The notes under the pieces: generated by a model | The model's input: only the letters and a program-made list of their open reading frames with translations | What the model was told of the DNA's origin: nothing | Database searches by the model: none | Made by a program: the position numbers and the translations under genes | From: Squalus acanthias | Taxonomy: Eukaryota | Assembly (NCBI GenBank): GCA_030390025.1 | Contig: CM059432.1 | Span: 434,001-498,000 of the forward strand | Reading direction: 5' to 3' | DNA length: 64,000 bases | Shown: positions 54,544 to 64,000 of the stretch, piece after piece | Position numbering within the stretch: the stretch's first letter is position 1 | How the letters are laid out: every line of letters begins with the position of its first letter

Positions 54544-54948
54544 AGGTGGGATTTGAACCCACCACCTCTGGACTGCGAGTCCAGTACCAGAACCGCTAGA
54601 TGACCGTACCCATTCTCTGACAGGGACATCCTGCCCCCCCGAACTAAACCTCTCAGCATGAGCGTTCCCATCCCCCTTCACTAGTTGCCAAACCTGCCGC
54701 TCCTACACACGGCACTCTCCTGCACTTGAGTTTTCTTCCATATAAGGTGTGGAATGCAGAGAGTACCTGCTGTTTACGCTGGGACAGGCTCCTGCCCTCG
54801 GGGCTCTCTCCATGTAGCAATGCCTTCCCACCTCGTTGGCCCATGTTCAGGCCTGTTTTAGAGTCTCCAGCTTCCCAGTGTCTGCGTCTAACTGTCTTTG
54901 CAAGTTTTCTGTGTCGCTTGTTTTGCTGGGAGTTAGGGGGAGGGGTGG

Positions 54949-55448
54949 NNNNNNNNNNNNNNNNNNNNNNNNNNNNNNNNNNNNNNNNNNNNNNNNNNNN
55001 NNNNNNNNNNNNNNNNNNNNNNNNNNNNNNNNNNNNNNNNNNNNNNNNNNNNNNNNNNNNNNNNNNNNNNNNNNNNNNNNNNNNNNNNNNNNNNNNNNNN
55101 NNNNNNNNNNNNNNNNNNNNNNNNNNNNNNNNNNNNNNNNNNNNNNNNNNNNNNNNNNNNNNNNNNNNNNNNNNNNNNNNNNNNNNNNNNNNNNNNNNNN
55201 NNNNNNNNNNNNNNNNNNNNNNNNNNNNNNNNNNNNNNNNNNNNNNNNNNNNNNNNNNNNNNNNNNNNNNNNNNNNNNNNNNNNNNNNNNNNNNNNNNNN
55301 NNNNNNNNNNNNNNNNNNNNNNNNNNNNNNNNNNNNNNNNNNNNNNNNNNNNNNNNNNNNNNNNNNNNNNNNNNNNNNNNNNNNNNNNNNNNNNNNNNNN
55401 NNNNNNNNNNNNNNNNNNNNNNNNNNNNNNNNNNNNNNNNNNNNNNNN
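54949..55448. other. Assembly gap (500 N)
   Basis: Run of N. Confidence 1.
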
Positions 55449-55706
55449 CTCTCTCTCTCTCTGGGGCAGTGGGCCTCTCTCTCTCTCTCTGGGGGCAGTG
55501 GGCCTCTCTCTCTCTCTCTCTGGGGGCAGTGGGCCTCTCTCTCTCTCTCTCTGGGGGCAGTGGGCCTCTCTCTCTCTCTCTGGGGGCAGTGGGCCTCTCT
55601 CTCTCTCTCTCTGGGGGCAGTGGGCCTCTCTCTCTCTCTCTCTCTCTGGGGGCCTCTCTCTCTCTCTCTCTGGGGGCAGTGGGCCTCTCTCTCTCTCTCT
55701 CTGGGG
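55449..55706. repeat. Minisatellite (CT)n-gggggcagtgggc, ~30 bp unit
   Basis: Directly visible; truncated by the gap. Confidence 0.95.
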
Positions 55707-55800
55707 GAAAATCCCACAAAACAAAATGGCGCCGGTTCTCTCAGCCCCGCCCCCTTGACGTCAACGGTGGAGCTTCTGTTGGCGCCGCCATTCCGGGAGA
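55704..55800. promoter_or_regulatory. Candidate CpG-rich promoter core (kB-like, YY1 x2, GC box, CRE)
   Basis: GGGAAAATCCC, CAAAATGGCG (55722), GCCCCGCCCC (55744), TGACGTCA (55756), GCCGCCATT (55784). Confidence 0.5.
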
Positions 55801-56482
55801 GAGTCCGGCCCCGGGACACAGGCCCAGAGAGAGAGTCCGGCCCCGGGACACAGGCCCAGAGAGAGAGTCCGGCCCCGGGACACAGGCCCAGAGAGAGAGT
55901 CCGGCCCCGGGACACAGGCCCAGAGAGAGAGTCCGGCCCCGGGACACAGGCCCAGAGAGAGAGTCCGGCCCCGGGACACAGGCCCAGAGAGAGAGAGAGT
56001 CCGGCCCCGGGACACAGGCCGAGAGAGAGAGTCCGGCCCCGGGACACAGGCCCAGAGAGAGAGAGAGTCCGGCCCCGGGACACAGGCCCAGAGAGAGAGA
56101 GAGTCCGGCCCCGGGACACAGGCCCAGAGAGAGAGAGAGTCCGGCCCCGGGACACAGGCCGAGGGAGAGAGTCCGGCCCCGGGACACAGGCCGAGAGAGA
56201 GAGAGTCCGGCCCCGGGACACAGGCCGAGAGAGAGAGAGTCCGGCCCCGGGACACAGGCCGAGAGAGAGAGTCCGGCCCCGGGACACAGGCCCAGAGAGA
56301 GAGTCCGGCCCCGGGACACAGGCCGAGAGAGAGAGAGTCCGGCCCCGGGACACAGGCCGAGAGAGAGAGTCCGGCCCCGGGACACAGGCCCAGAGAGAGA
56401 GTCCGGCCCCGGGACACAGGCCCAGAGAGAGAGTCCGGCCCCGGGACACAGGCCCAGAGAGAGAGTCCGGCCCCGGGACAGG
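55797..56482. repeat. Minisatellite (GA)n-gtccggccccgggacacaggccca, ~32-36 bp unit, ~20 copies
   Basis: Directly visible. Confidence 0.95.
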
Positions 56483-56871
56483 CCTCAGGCCCCCCCCCAG
56501 GTCCAATAGAGAGAAGGAGGCGGCCCGGGCCCGGCCTCAGACACCAAATCCGGGACCCTGGTCTCGGCCCAAACCCCCGGGCTTCAGTCACCGACCGCCT
56601 CGGCGGCGACAGACCTGCCCGGGCAAGGCCCTGGTCCCCGGTCTCTGGCCCGCTTCCAGCCCGCCCGCCGCAGAGTGTGTGCGGGGTGTCGGGCCCCCGG
56701 GACAGGATGGAGCCGCTCACCGCGCCCGGCCCACAGCCCTGGAAAACCAAGGTACAAACCCCCGGCCCCTCACTCTCATCATTGCAGCCTCGCTGCTCCT
56801 TGTGTTGTGAGCTGCCGAAACAGGCGGGTGTGTGTGTGATTGTTGAGATGAGAGAAAAAGTTGCGTTTCTG

Positions 56872-59152
56872 GGTCAGCGAATGGCTCAGTGGTTATCACT
56901 TTCTCCTCTGAGTCACCATGTTGTGGGTTCAAGTCCCGCTCCACAGACTGGAGCACAAAATACAGGCCAACAGTCCCAGTGTCGGTACTGAGGGAGCGCC
57001 GCACTGTCGGAGGGGCGGTACTGAGGGAGCGCCGCACTGTCGGAGGGGCGGTACTGAGGGAGCGCTGCACTGTCGGAGGGGCAGTACTGAGGGAGCGCTG
57101 CACTGTCGGAGGGGCAGTACTGATGGAGCGCTGCACTGTCGGAGGGGCAGTACTGAGGGAGCGCCGCACTGTCGGAGGGGCGGTACTGAGGGAGCGCCGC
57201 ACTGTCGGAGGGGCAGTACTGAGGGAGTGCCGCACTGTCGGAGGGGCAGTACTGAGGGAGGGCCGCACTGTCGGAGGGGCAGTACTGAGGGAGCGCCGCA
57301 CTGTCGGAGGGGCAGTACTGAGGGAGCGCCACACTGTCGGAGGGGCAGTACTGAGGGAGCGCTGCACTGTCGGAGGGGCGGTACTGAGGGAGCGCCGCAC
57401 TGTCGGAGGGGCAGTACTGAGGGAGCGCCGCACTGTCGGAGGGACGGTACTGAGGGAGCGCTGCACTGTCGGAGGGGCAGTACTGAGGGAGTGCCGCACT
57501 GTCGGAGGGGCAGTACTGAGGGAGTGCTGCACTGTCTGAGGGGCAGTACTGAGGGAGTGCCGCACTGTCTGAGGGGCAGTACTGAGGGAGTGCCGCACTG
57601 TCTGAGGGGCAGTACTGAGGGAGTGCCGCACTGTCTGAGGGGCAGTACTGAGGGAGCGCCGCACTGTCGGAGGGGCGGTACTGAGGGAGCGCCGCACTGT
57701 CGGAGGGGCAGTACTGAGGGAGCGCCGCACTGTCGGAGGGACGGTACTGAGGGAGCGCCGCACTGTCAGAGGGGCAGTACTGAGGGAGCGCCGCACTGTC
57801 GGAGGGGCGGTACTGAGGGAGCGCCGCACTGTCAGAGGGGCAGTACTGAGGGAGCGCCGCACTATCGGAGGGGCGGTACTGAGGGAGCGCCGCACTGTCG
57901 GAGGGGCAGTACTGAGGGAGCGCAGCACTGTCGGAGGGGCAGTACTGAGGGAGCGCTGCACTGTCAGAGGGGCAGTACTGAGGGAGCGCCACACTGTCGG
58001 AGGGGCAGTACTGAGGGAGTGCTGCACTGTCGGAGGGGCAGTACTGAGGGAGCGCCGCACTGTCGGAGGGGCGGTACTGAGGGAGCGCCGCACTGTCGGA
58101 GGGGCAGTACTGAGGGAGCGCCACACTGTCGGAGGGGCGGTACTGAGGGAGCGCCGCACTGTCAGAGGGGCAGTACTGAGGGAGCGCCACACTGTCGGAG
58201 GGGCGGTACTGAGGGAGCGCCGCACTGTCGGAGGGGCAGTACTGAGGGAGCGCAGCACTGTCGGAGGGGCAGTACTGAGGGAGCGCTGCACTGTCAGAGG
58301 GGCAGTACTGAGGGAGCGCCACACTGTCGGAGGGGCGGTACTGAGGGAGCGCCGCACTGTCGGAGGGGCAGTACTGAGGGAGCGCCACACTGTCGGAGGG
58401 GCGGTACTGAGGGAGCGCCGCACTGTCGGAGGGGCAGTACTGAGGGAGCGCAGCACTGTCGGAGGGGCAGTACTGAGGGAGCGCCGCACTGTCGGAGGGG
58501 CGGGTACTGAGGGAGCGCTGCACTGTCAGAGGGGCGGTACTGAGGGAGCGCCGCACTGTCGGAGGGGCGGTACTGAGGGAGCGCCGCACTGTCGGAGGGG
58601 CAGTACTGAGGGAGAGCGCCGCACTGTCGGAGGGGCAGTACTGAGGGAGTGCGGCACTGTCGGAGGGGCAGTACTGAGGGCACTGTCGGAGTGGCAGTAC
58701 TGAGGGAGCGCCGCACTGTCGGAGGGGCAGTACTGAGGGAGTGCGGCACTGTCGGAGGGGCAGTACTGAGGGAGTGCCGCACTGTCGGAGGGGCGGTACT
58801 GAGGGAGTGCCGCACTGTCTGAGGTGCCGTCTTTCGGACGAGACGTTAAACTGAGGCCCCGTCTGCGCTCTCAGGTGGATGTAAAAGATCCCACGGCACT
58901 ATTTTGAAGGAGATGAGGGGAGTTCTCCCCAATGCTCTGGCCAATATTTATCCCTCGAGCAACCTCACTAAAAAAACAGGTTATCTGGTCATTATCACAT
59001 TGCTGTTTGTGGGAGCTTGCTGTGTGCTTATTGGCTGCCACGTTTCGAACACTACAACAGTGACTGCGCTTCAAATATACTTCATTGGCTGTCAAGGGCT
59101 TTGGGACGTCTGGTGGTCGTGAAAGGCGTTATATGAATGCAAATCTTTCTTT
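56872..59152 (+). mobile_element. tRNA-derived DeuSINE (SacSINE1-like) with expanded internal minisatellite
   Basis: A box TGGCTCAGTGG (56882) and B box GGTTCAAGTCC (56926). After the array the body resumes (gaggtgccgtctttcggacgagacgttaaac...aaaagatccca) and ends in a LINE-like tail gtgaaaggcgttatatgaatgcaa. Confidence 0.8.
56983..58824. repeat. 33-bp minisatellite cagtactgagggagcgccgcactgtcggagggg, ~55 copies
   Basis: Directly visible, contiguous units without spacers. Confidence 0.97.
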
Positions 59153-59389
59153 ACCATTTAAAAAAAAAGTCTGTGTTGCAGTGGAAGAGACCAGATAATT
59201 CTGGATGGATGATTTCAAATGGATTGAATGGGTTTCCTGATCCGTAATGATCATGTGATCATAACCCTGTCTGTTGGTGTTTTGTTCTGTTCCAATGTTG
59301 TTGATGCCGGATTATCGCACAGCATACCACTGTCGAATATAACCATCGTCAGACCACGTTTAGTTGATTTTGCCTCGGCCTCTTGAATC

Positions 59390-59885
59390 AACAACATCAA
59401 CTTGCATTTATATAGCGCCTGTAAAACATCCCAAGATGCTTCTTTAGGAGCGATTATCAAACAAAATTTGACCCCGAGCCACATAAGCAGATATAAGGAC
59501 AGGTGACCAAAAGCTTGGTCGAAGGAGGTAGGTTTTCAGGAGTGTCTTGAAGGAGGAAAGAGATAGAGAGCAGCCGTCTGGAGCTGCCGCGCACGCTGCT
59601 TGCCGTCTTTACAATAGGAAAGACCGCACATGCGTGGGAATTTGAATGGGCCGTGCAGCCCCAAAAAATGAAGGGAACATTGGTAGAGAGGCGGAGCGGT
59701 GTAGGGAGGGAATTCCAGAGCTTGGGGCCTAGGCAACAGAAGTCGGGGCCGCCAATGGTGGAGCCATTAAAATCGGGGATGCTGAAGAGGCCAGAATTGG
59801 AGGAGCGCAGAGATCTTGGTGGAGGGGGGAGGGTGGGGTTGGTGGGTTGTGGGGCTGGAGGAGGTTACAGAGATAGGGAGGGGCG
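59390..59885 (-). mobile_element. L2-like LINE 3' fragment, interrupted at ~59570-59680
   Basis: Same family as the 2570-3815 fragment (atttatatagcgcc...ggagcgcagagatc). Confidence 0.7.
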
Positions 59886-59981
59886 ATCTGCCTGCTTCTG
59901 CACTTGGAGCTTACTTGTAAATGTTTCAGCGTATTAAGATTTGTTTTGGTCACAATATAAAGTAATACCATAATAAATAGG

Positions 59982-60168
59982 GAGAAGTCGCACAACACCA
60001 GGTTATAGTCCAACAGCTTTATTTGAAATCACAAGCTTTCGGAGTGCTGCTCCTTCGTCAGCACTCTGAAAGCTTGTGATTTCAAATAAAGCTGTTGGAC
60101 TATAACCTGGTGTTGTGCGACTTCTCACTTTTGTCCACCCCAGTCCAACACCGGCATCTCCGCATCAT
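59982..60168. mobile_element. Short Penelope-like element remnant with inverted duplication and direct-repeat flanks
   Basis: 68-bp inverted arms (59982-60049 / 60059-60126); cataataaataggg repeated at 59969 and 60166; hammerhead core on the minus strand. Confidence 0.7.
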
Positions 60169-60669
60169 AATAAATAGGGTCATACAGCACAGGAGGCCAT
60201 TCGGCCCATTGAGCCTGTGCCAGCTCTGAAAGAGCTATTCAATTAGTCCCACTCCCCTGCTCTTTCCCCATAGCCCTGTAAATATTTTCTTTGTATAACT
60301 CACTGATCTGACTCATTGCCTTTGCATTGATTTTTGGTAATTCTGATAAGGGGGGGGGGGGGGAGAATGTGCTGTTCATCACCTCTGCTCTTGTATAACA
60401 CTCTTCCTGCTGCACTGTTTCCTTTCCCCAGATGTGCCTACAGAAAGCAGAGGCACAAGACAGTTTCGAAACACGGGAGAACAACACGCAATTAGGTTTG
60501 GAGCCGCTTTCCCAAAACTCTCAAAAATGAGCCAAAAAAACAGGATTACGTAGAATTATACGGAACTTACAACACAAAAACAGGCCAGTCGGCCCATCCA
60601 GTCTGTGCTGGTGTCTATCCTCCATACAAGCAGTAGTTCTGAACCCATGTGCCCACCTTGTTCCCATAG

Positions 60670-60945
60670 GGAACTTTTAGAACTGAGATGAGGAGGAATT
60701 TCTTCTCTCAGAGGGTCGTAAATCTGTGGAATTCTCTGCCCCAGAGAACCGTGGAGGCTGGGTCATTAAATACATTTAAGGTAGAGATAGACAAATTTTT
60801 GCCACATATGGGAGTGAAGGGTTATGGGGAGCGGGCGGGGAAGTGGCTTTGAGCCCAAGATCAGCCATGATCTTATTGAATGGCGGAGCAGGCTCGAGGG
60901 GCCGTATGGCCGACTCCTGCTCGCTCTTGTTATGTTCTTGTATCC
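60670..60945 (+). mobile_element. CR1 3' end fragment
   Basis: RRNFFSQRVVNLWNSLP and CR1-type 3' tail (gatcagccatgatcttattgaatggcgg). Confidence 0.8.
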
Positions 60946-62572
60946 CATTACTCCAGAGTTCATTTAAACCTAGGTCACCCGCGGGAGAAGCTTTTGCCGG
61001 CTCGTCCTGTTGCCATGACCTATTTTATGCATTAACGATTCGGTTGATTTACCCTATCCAGTACTAAAATGTGATGCAATTATTTCTGCCCATCCCTTGT
61101 TGCCCGAGGTTTGATACAAATGATTGCTTTGCTAGGTCACTTCAGAGGGCAGTTAAGACTCAATCGCACGCACACACGCGCGTGGCTCTTTAGGGGAAAA
61201 AAAACCAGCTGATCCGTCGCGTGTTCCCCACACCTCGTGATGACTGGAGCCTCATGACAACTCCACAGGCGTGTAATTTCCTGGGAGAGGCAAATAAAAA
61301 GAGAGAAAACCCTGAATATTTGTGTTGTGAGGGAAGTTCCTTTTTATGTTTCATATTAGTCAGCTTGTACTATTTATAACGGTGATTGCAGTGTGTTGAC
61401 ACAAGTACGCTTAACTTGTATGAGTCAGAATGAATGTCCTGAGATGGAGCGAGCAGAGTTTCCCCCATTAACACTGTCACTCATTTTTGATGGGAGATTC
61501 CGTCTCCAAGGTGCCTGCTCTGACTCCATTGATCTTGTTCACAGTGTCCTTGGGGATCGCCTCCTTCCACAGAGACCCCCTGCTCCCTTTCCGATGTAAT
61601 GAGCGAAGAGCTTGCTAAAGAATTGCAGCAACGGGAAGACGATGCAATGTTCCCTCGCGTCATTGGGTATGTGACCAGTTCTTTTTCAAACATTGGTGGG
61701 GGGGAGCGACAATTAATACGTTTAATTTCACTGGGGACAGCAATCCAATTTTCAACCCGCAACTACCCAGTCCGGGGGTTGCTAGACAGCAGTCAAGAGC
61801 AGGGACTATAGCTTCTGTTTTTGTTGCAGCCAAAGAATCTTGATGCCAACAATAGTTCGTCCGCTGCCACCTTGGCTGAGACGTGTTAACTTTGCACAGA
61901 CCAGAGATCAAACCTGGCACTTGCCCAGCCAATATGGTTCAGTAACGGTGTGCAGGCGTTGCCGACTCTGGGCGGACGTATTCCCGGAGGTGTCATCACA
62001 TGACCGCCTGCCTCCAACCGCCCCGCCCCCACACTCCCGCCATTGGTCACCAGACACGTCCATCCACACGGCCCACCTTCCAACGGCCAATTGGAAAGCG
62101 ACAAGACTCTTCATTGCCCAATTGGATGGTTCTTGGCCGTCAGCCAAAACGCCCTTTTTCCCCCATCTCCAATATTTTTAGAACTAGTGTTCAAAGAAAA
62201 TGAAGAAGGCGCTTTTTTATTATTTCAATGCCCCTCTGATTTTTCTCCGGGGTTTGCTCACAGCAGTGTCCGTTCCCGGAGGGCCCAGGCCAATTCCCGG
62301 AGCGTTGGCCACTGCAGTGGTGTGGTGTGCATTTACACACTCCAGCACTGAGGCTTCAAATGGGAATGATTTAAAATGGTTAATTTTACCCTGTCCAATG
62401 GTCATGATGCAACTGTGCTGCAGAAATTGGTAGTAATCCTAAAACCTCGTTTGCCCCACAATAGCGGACTATTAAAATTGCACGGCCACCTCTGATCAGT
62501 TCCATGTATCTCGCAACTTGCATCCCTCTTCCAACTCCACTGCCTTCTGCATTCGTACCTGGCAAAAGCTCT

Positions 62573-62573
<1 letters not shown>

Positions 62574-62631
<58 letters not shown>
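62574..62631. repeat. Poly-C homopolymer (~58 nt)
   Basis: Directly visible. Confidence 0.95.
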
Positions 62632-62633
<2 letters not shown>

Positions 62634-62839
62634 GTCATGTACAATGGCCCTTTCAAAACGCCCAACGGCCTAGACTTTGGCCCTCATTTCGCCACTATAT
62701 TTCTGCAGCTATTGATCTGTTCAATTACACCCTCACCTTTAATGCCCCAGCCCCCAGTAATACTCTTAACTCTCTTCTTATCCTGGCCTTTCCCCGGTAC
62801 AGGCCCCCATACTCGCCCCTTTAAATCCAAGGGGTGCAA

Positions 62840-64000
62840 ACTTGAACATTGAACAATTTAGCCATTCATCGCCAGATCTGGCTGGACCACATCAAGCACT
62901 CTTGGGACCTGCTCACTACCCAGGATTATCCTGGAATGCAAAGATAAACCCTGGTTTCTCTTCTCCCCAACCAACCAACCGCCTCCTTTAGCCCCTGTCT
63001 CCTCCACCCTCACCTCCAACGAGTTTGAGCTCATGGACTTCTTTGTCACTGAGATCAAGAGCATCCAATCAGCTGCCTCTGCCGCTTCCCTCCCTTCCCC
63101 TAGCCCACCAGGCCGAGGCTCCCTTCCCCTAGCCCACCAGGCCGAGGTTCGGTCCTCTCCTCTCGCTCATCTTCCTCTAGTTTCTCTCCTATCTCCACTC
63201 ATGCCGCCTCCTGCTCTTTCAACCAAAGTCCCACTAAACCTCTGACCACCCAACTTCCATTCCTGGCCCCCATACTAGCTGATGCTGTAAATGGTTCTCT
63301 CTCCTCCGGTACTGTCCCTCTCCATTTCAGATCTGCAGTCATCCCATGTCCCCGTCCCCTCTTTACAAAATCCACCTTTGACCTCGCTGTCCTTGCAAAC
63401 TACCGCCCCATCTCCAACCTCCCTTTCATTCCATTCCCAAAGTCCATGAACGTGTTGTCGCTTCCCAAATCCATGCCTATCTTTCCCGCAGCTCCAAGTT
63501 TGAATCTCTCCAATCAGGTTTCCGCCCCTGCCGCCATACTGAAATGGCTCTCGTCAAAGTCACAAATGACATCCTATGTGACTGTGACGGTGGTAAACTA
63601 GCCTTCCTTGTCCCTCTCGACCTGTCTGCAGCCTTTGACACGATTGACCACGTCACCTTCCTCCAGCGTTTCCCCTTTGTGGTGGGGCTGCTGGGTGGGA
63701 TTGCCCTCGCCTAGTTCCAGTCATAGCCAGAGAATCTCCTGCAATGACATCTCTCCCTGCCCCTGCACCATTGCCTCTGGAGTCCCCCAAGGATCTATCC
63801 TCAGCCCCCTCCTATTTCTCATCTACATACTGCCCCTCGGCGACATCATCTGAAGACATCAGATTACACATGTACAATAACAACACCTAGCTCTACCTCA
63901 CCACCACCACTTTCGACCCCTCCACTGCCTCTGTTGTCAGCCTGCATGTCGGACACCCAGTCCTGGGTGAGCTGCGATTTCCTCCCAACTAAATATTGGG
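62840..64000 (+). mobile_element. Degenerate L2-clade LINE ORF2 (RT) fragment, running off the window
   Basis: [28 protein letters not shown] and [17 protein letters not shown] motifs, with stops and frameshifts. Confidence 0.85.

Noticed and set aside
54653..56810. Long ORFs of 260-694 aa
   Set aside because: They run through the N gap and minisatellites.
56882..56936. tRNA gene
   Set aside because: A and B boxes are present, but there is no convincing cloverleaf and the sequence continues into a SINE body.
56983..58824. 33-bp repeat array as a CRISPR array or repetitive protein (ORFs of 530-590 aa)
   Set aside because: Units are contiguous with no unique spacers, no cas genes, and a eukaryotic SINE context. 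The ORFs arise because the unit length is a multiple of 3.
61236..61316. C/D box snoRNA (GTGATGA...CTGA)
   Set aside because: No terminal stem, no recognisable guide and no host gene; likely chance.

Overview
Vertebrate genomic DNA, very likely a cartilaginous fish (inferred from SacSINE1/DeuSINE-like SINEs plus CR1, L2 and Penelope-like repeats). Most of the window (about 1852-53645) is a head-to-tail array of four ~9 kb units. Each unit carries an intact, divergent cytoplasmic-type actin gene (376 aa, identical protein in all four, one coding intron) with a TATA box, a 34-bp promoter repeat and a composite (TG)n microsatellite upstream. Unit 1 is expanded by two full-length Tx1-clade non-LTR retrotransposons, inserted in the same orientation and register in that microsatellite, and by a ~750-bp TIR element. 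After a 500-N gap come a motif-dense candidate promoter between two minisatellites, a SINE with an internal 33-bp unit amplified about 55 times, a Penelope-derived 68-bp-stem hairpin with a hammerhead ribozyme core, and degenerate LINE fragments. All calls were made by eye, with no database searches.
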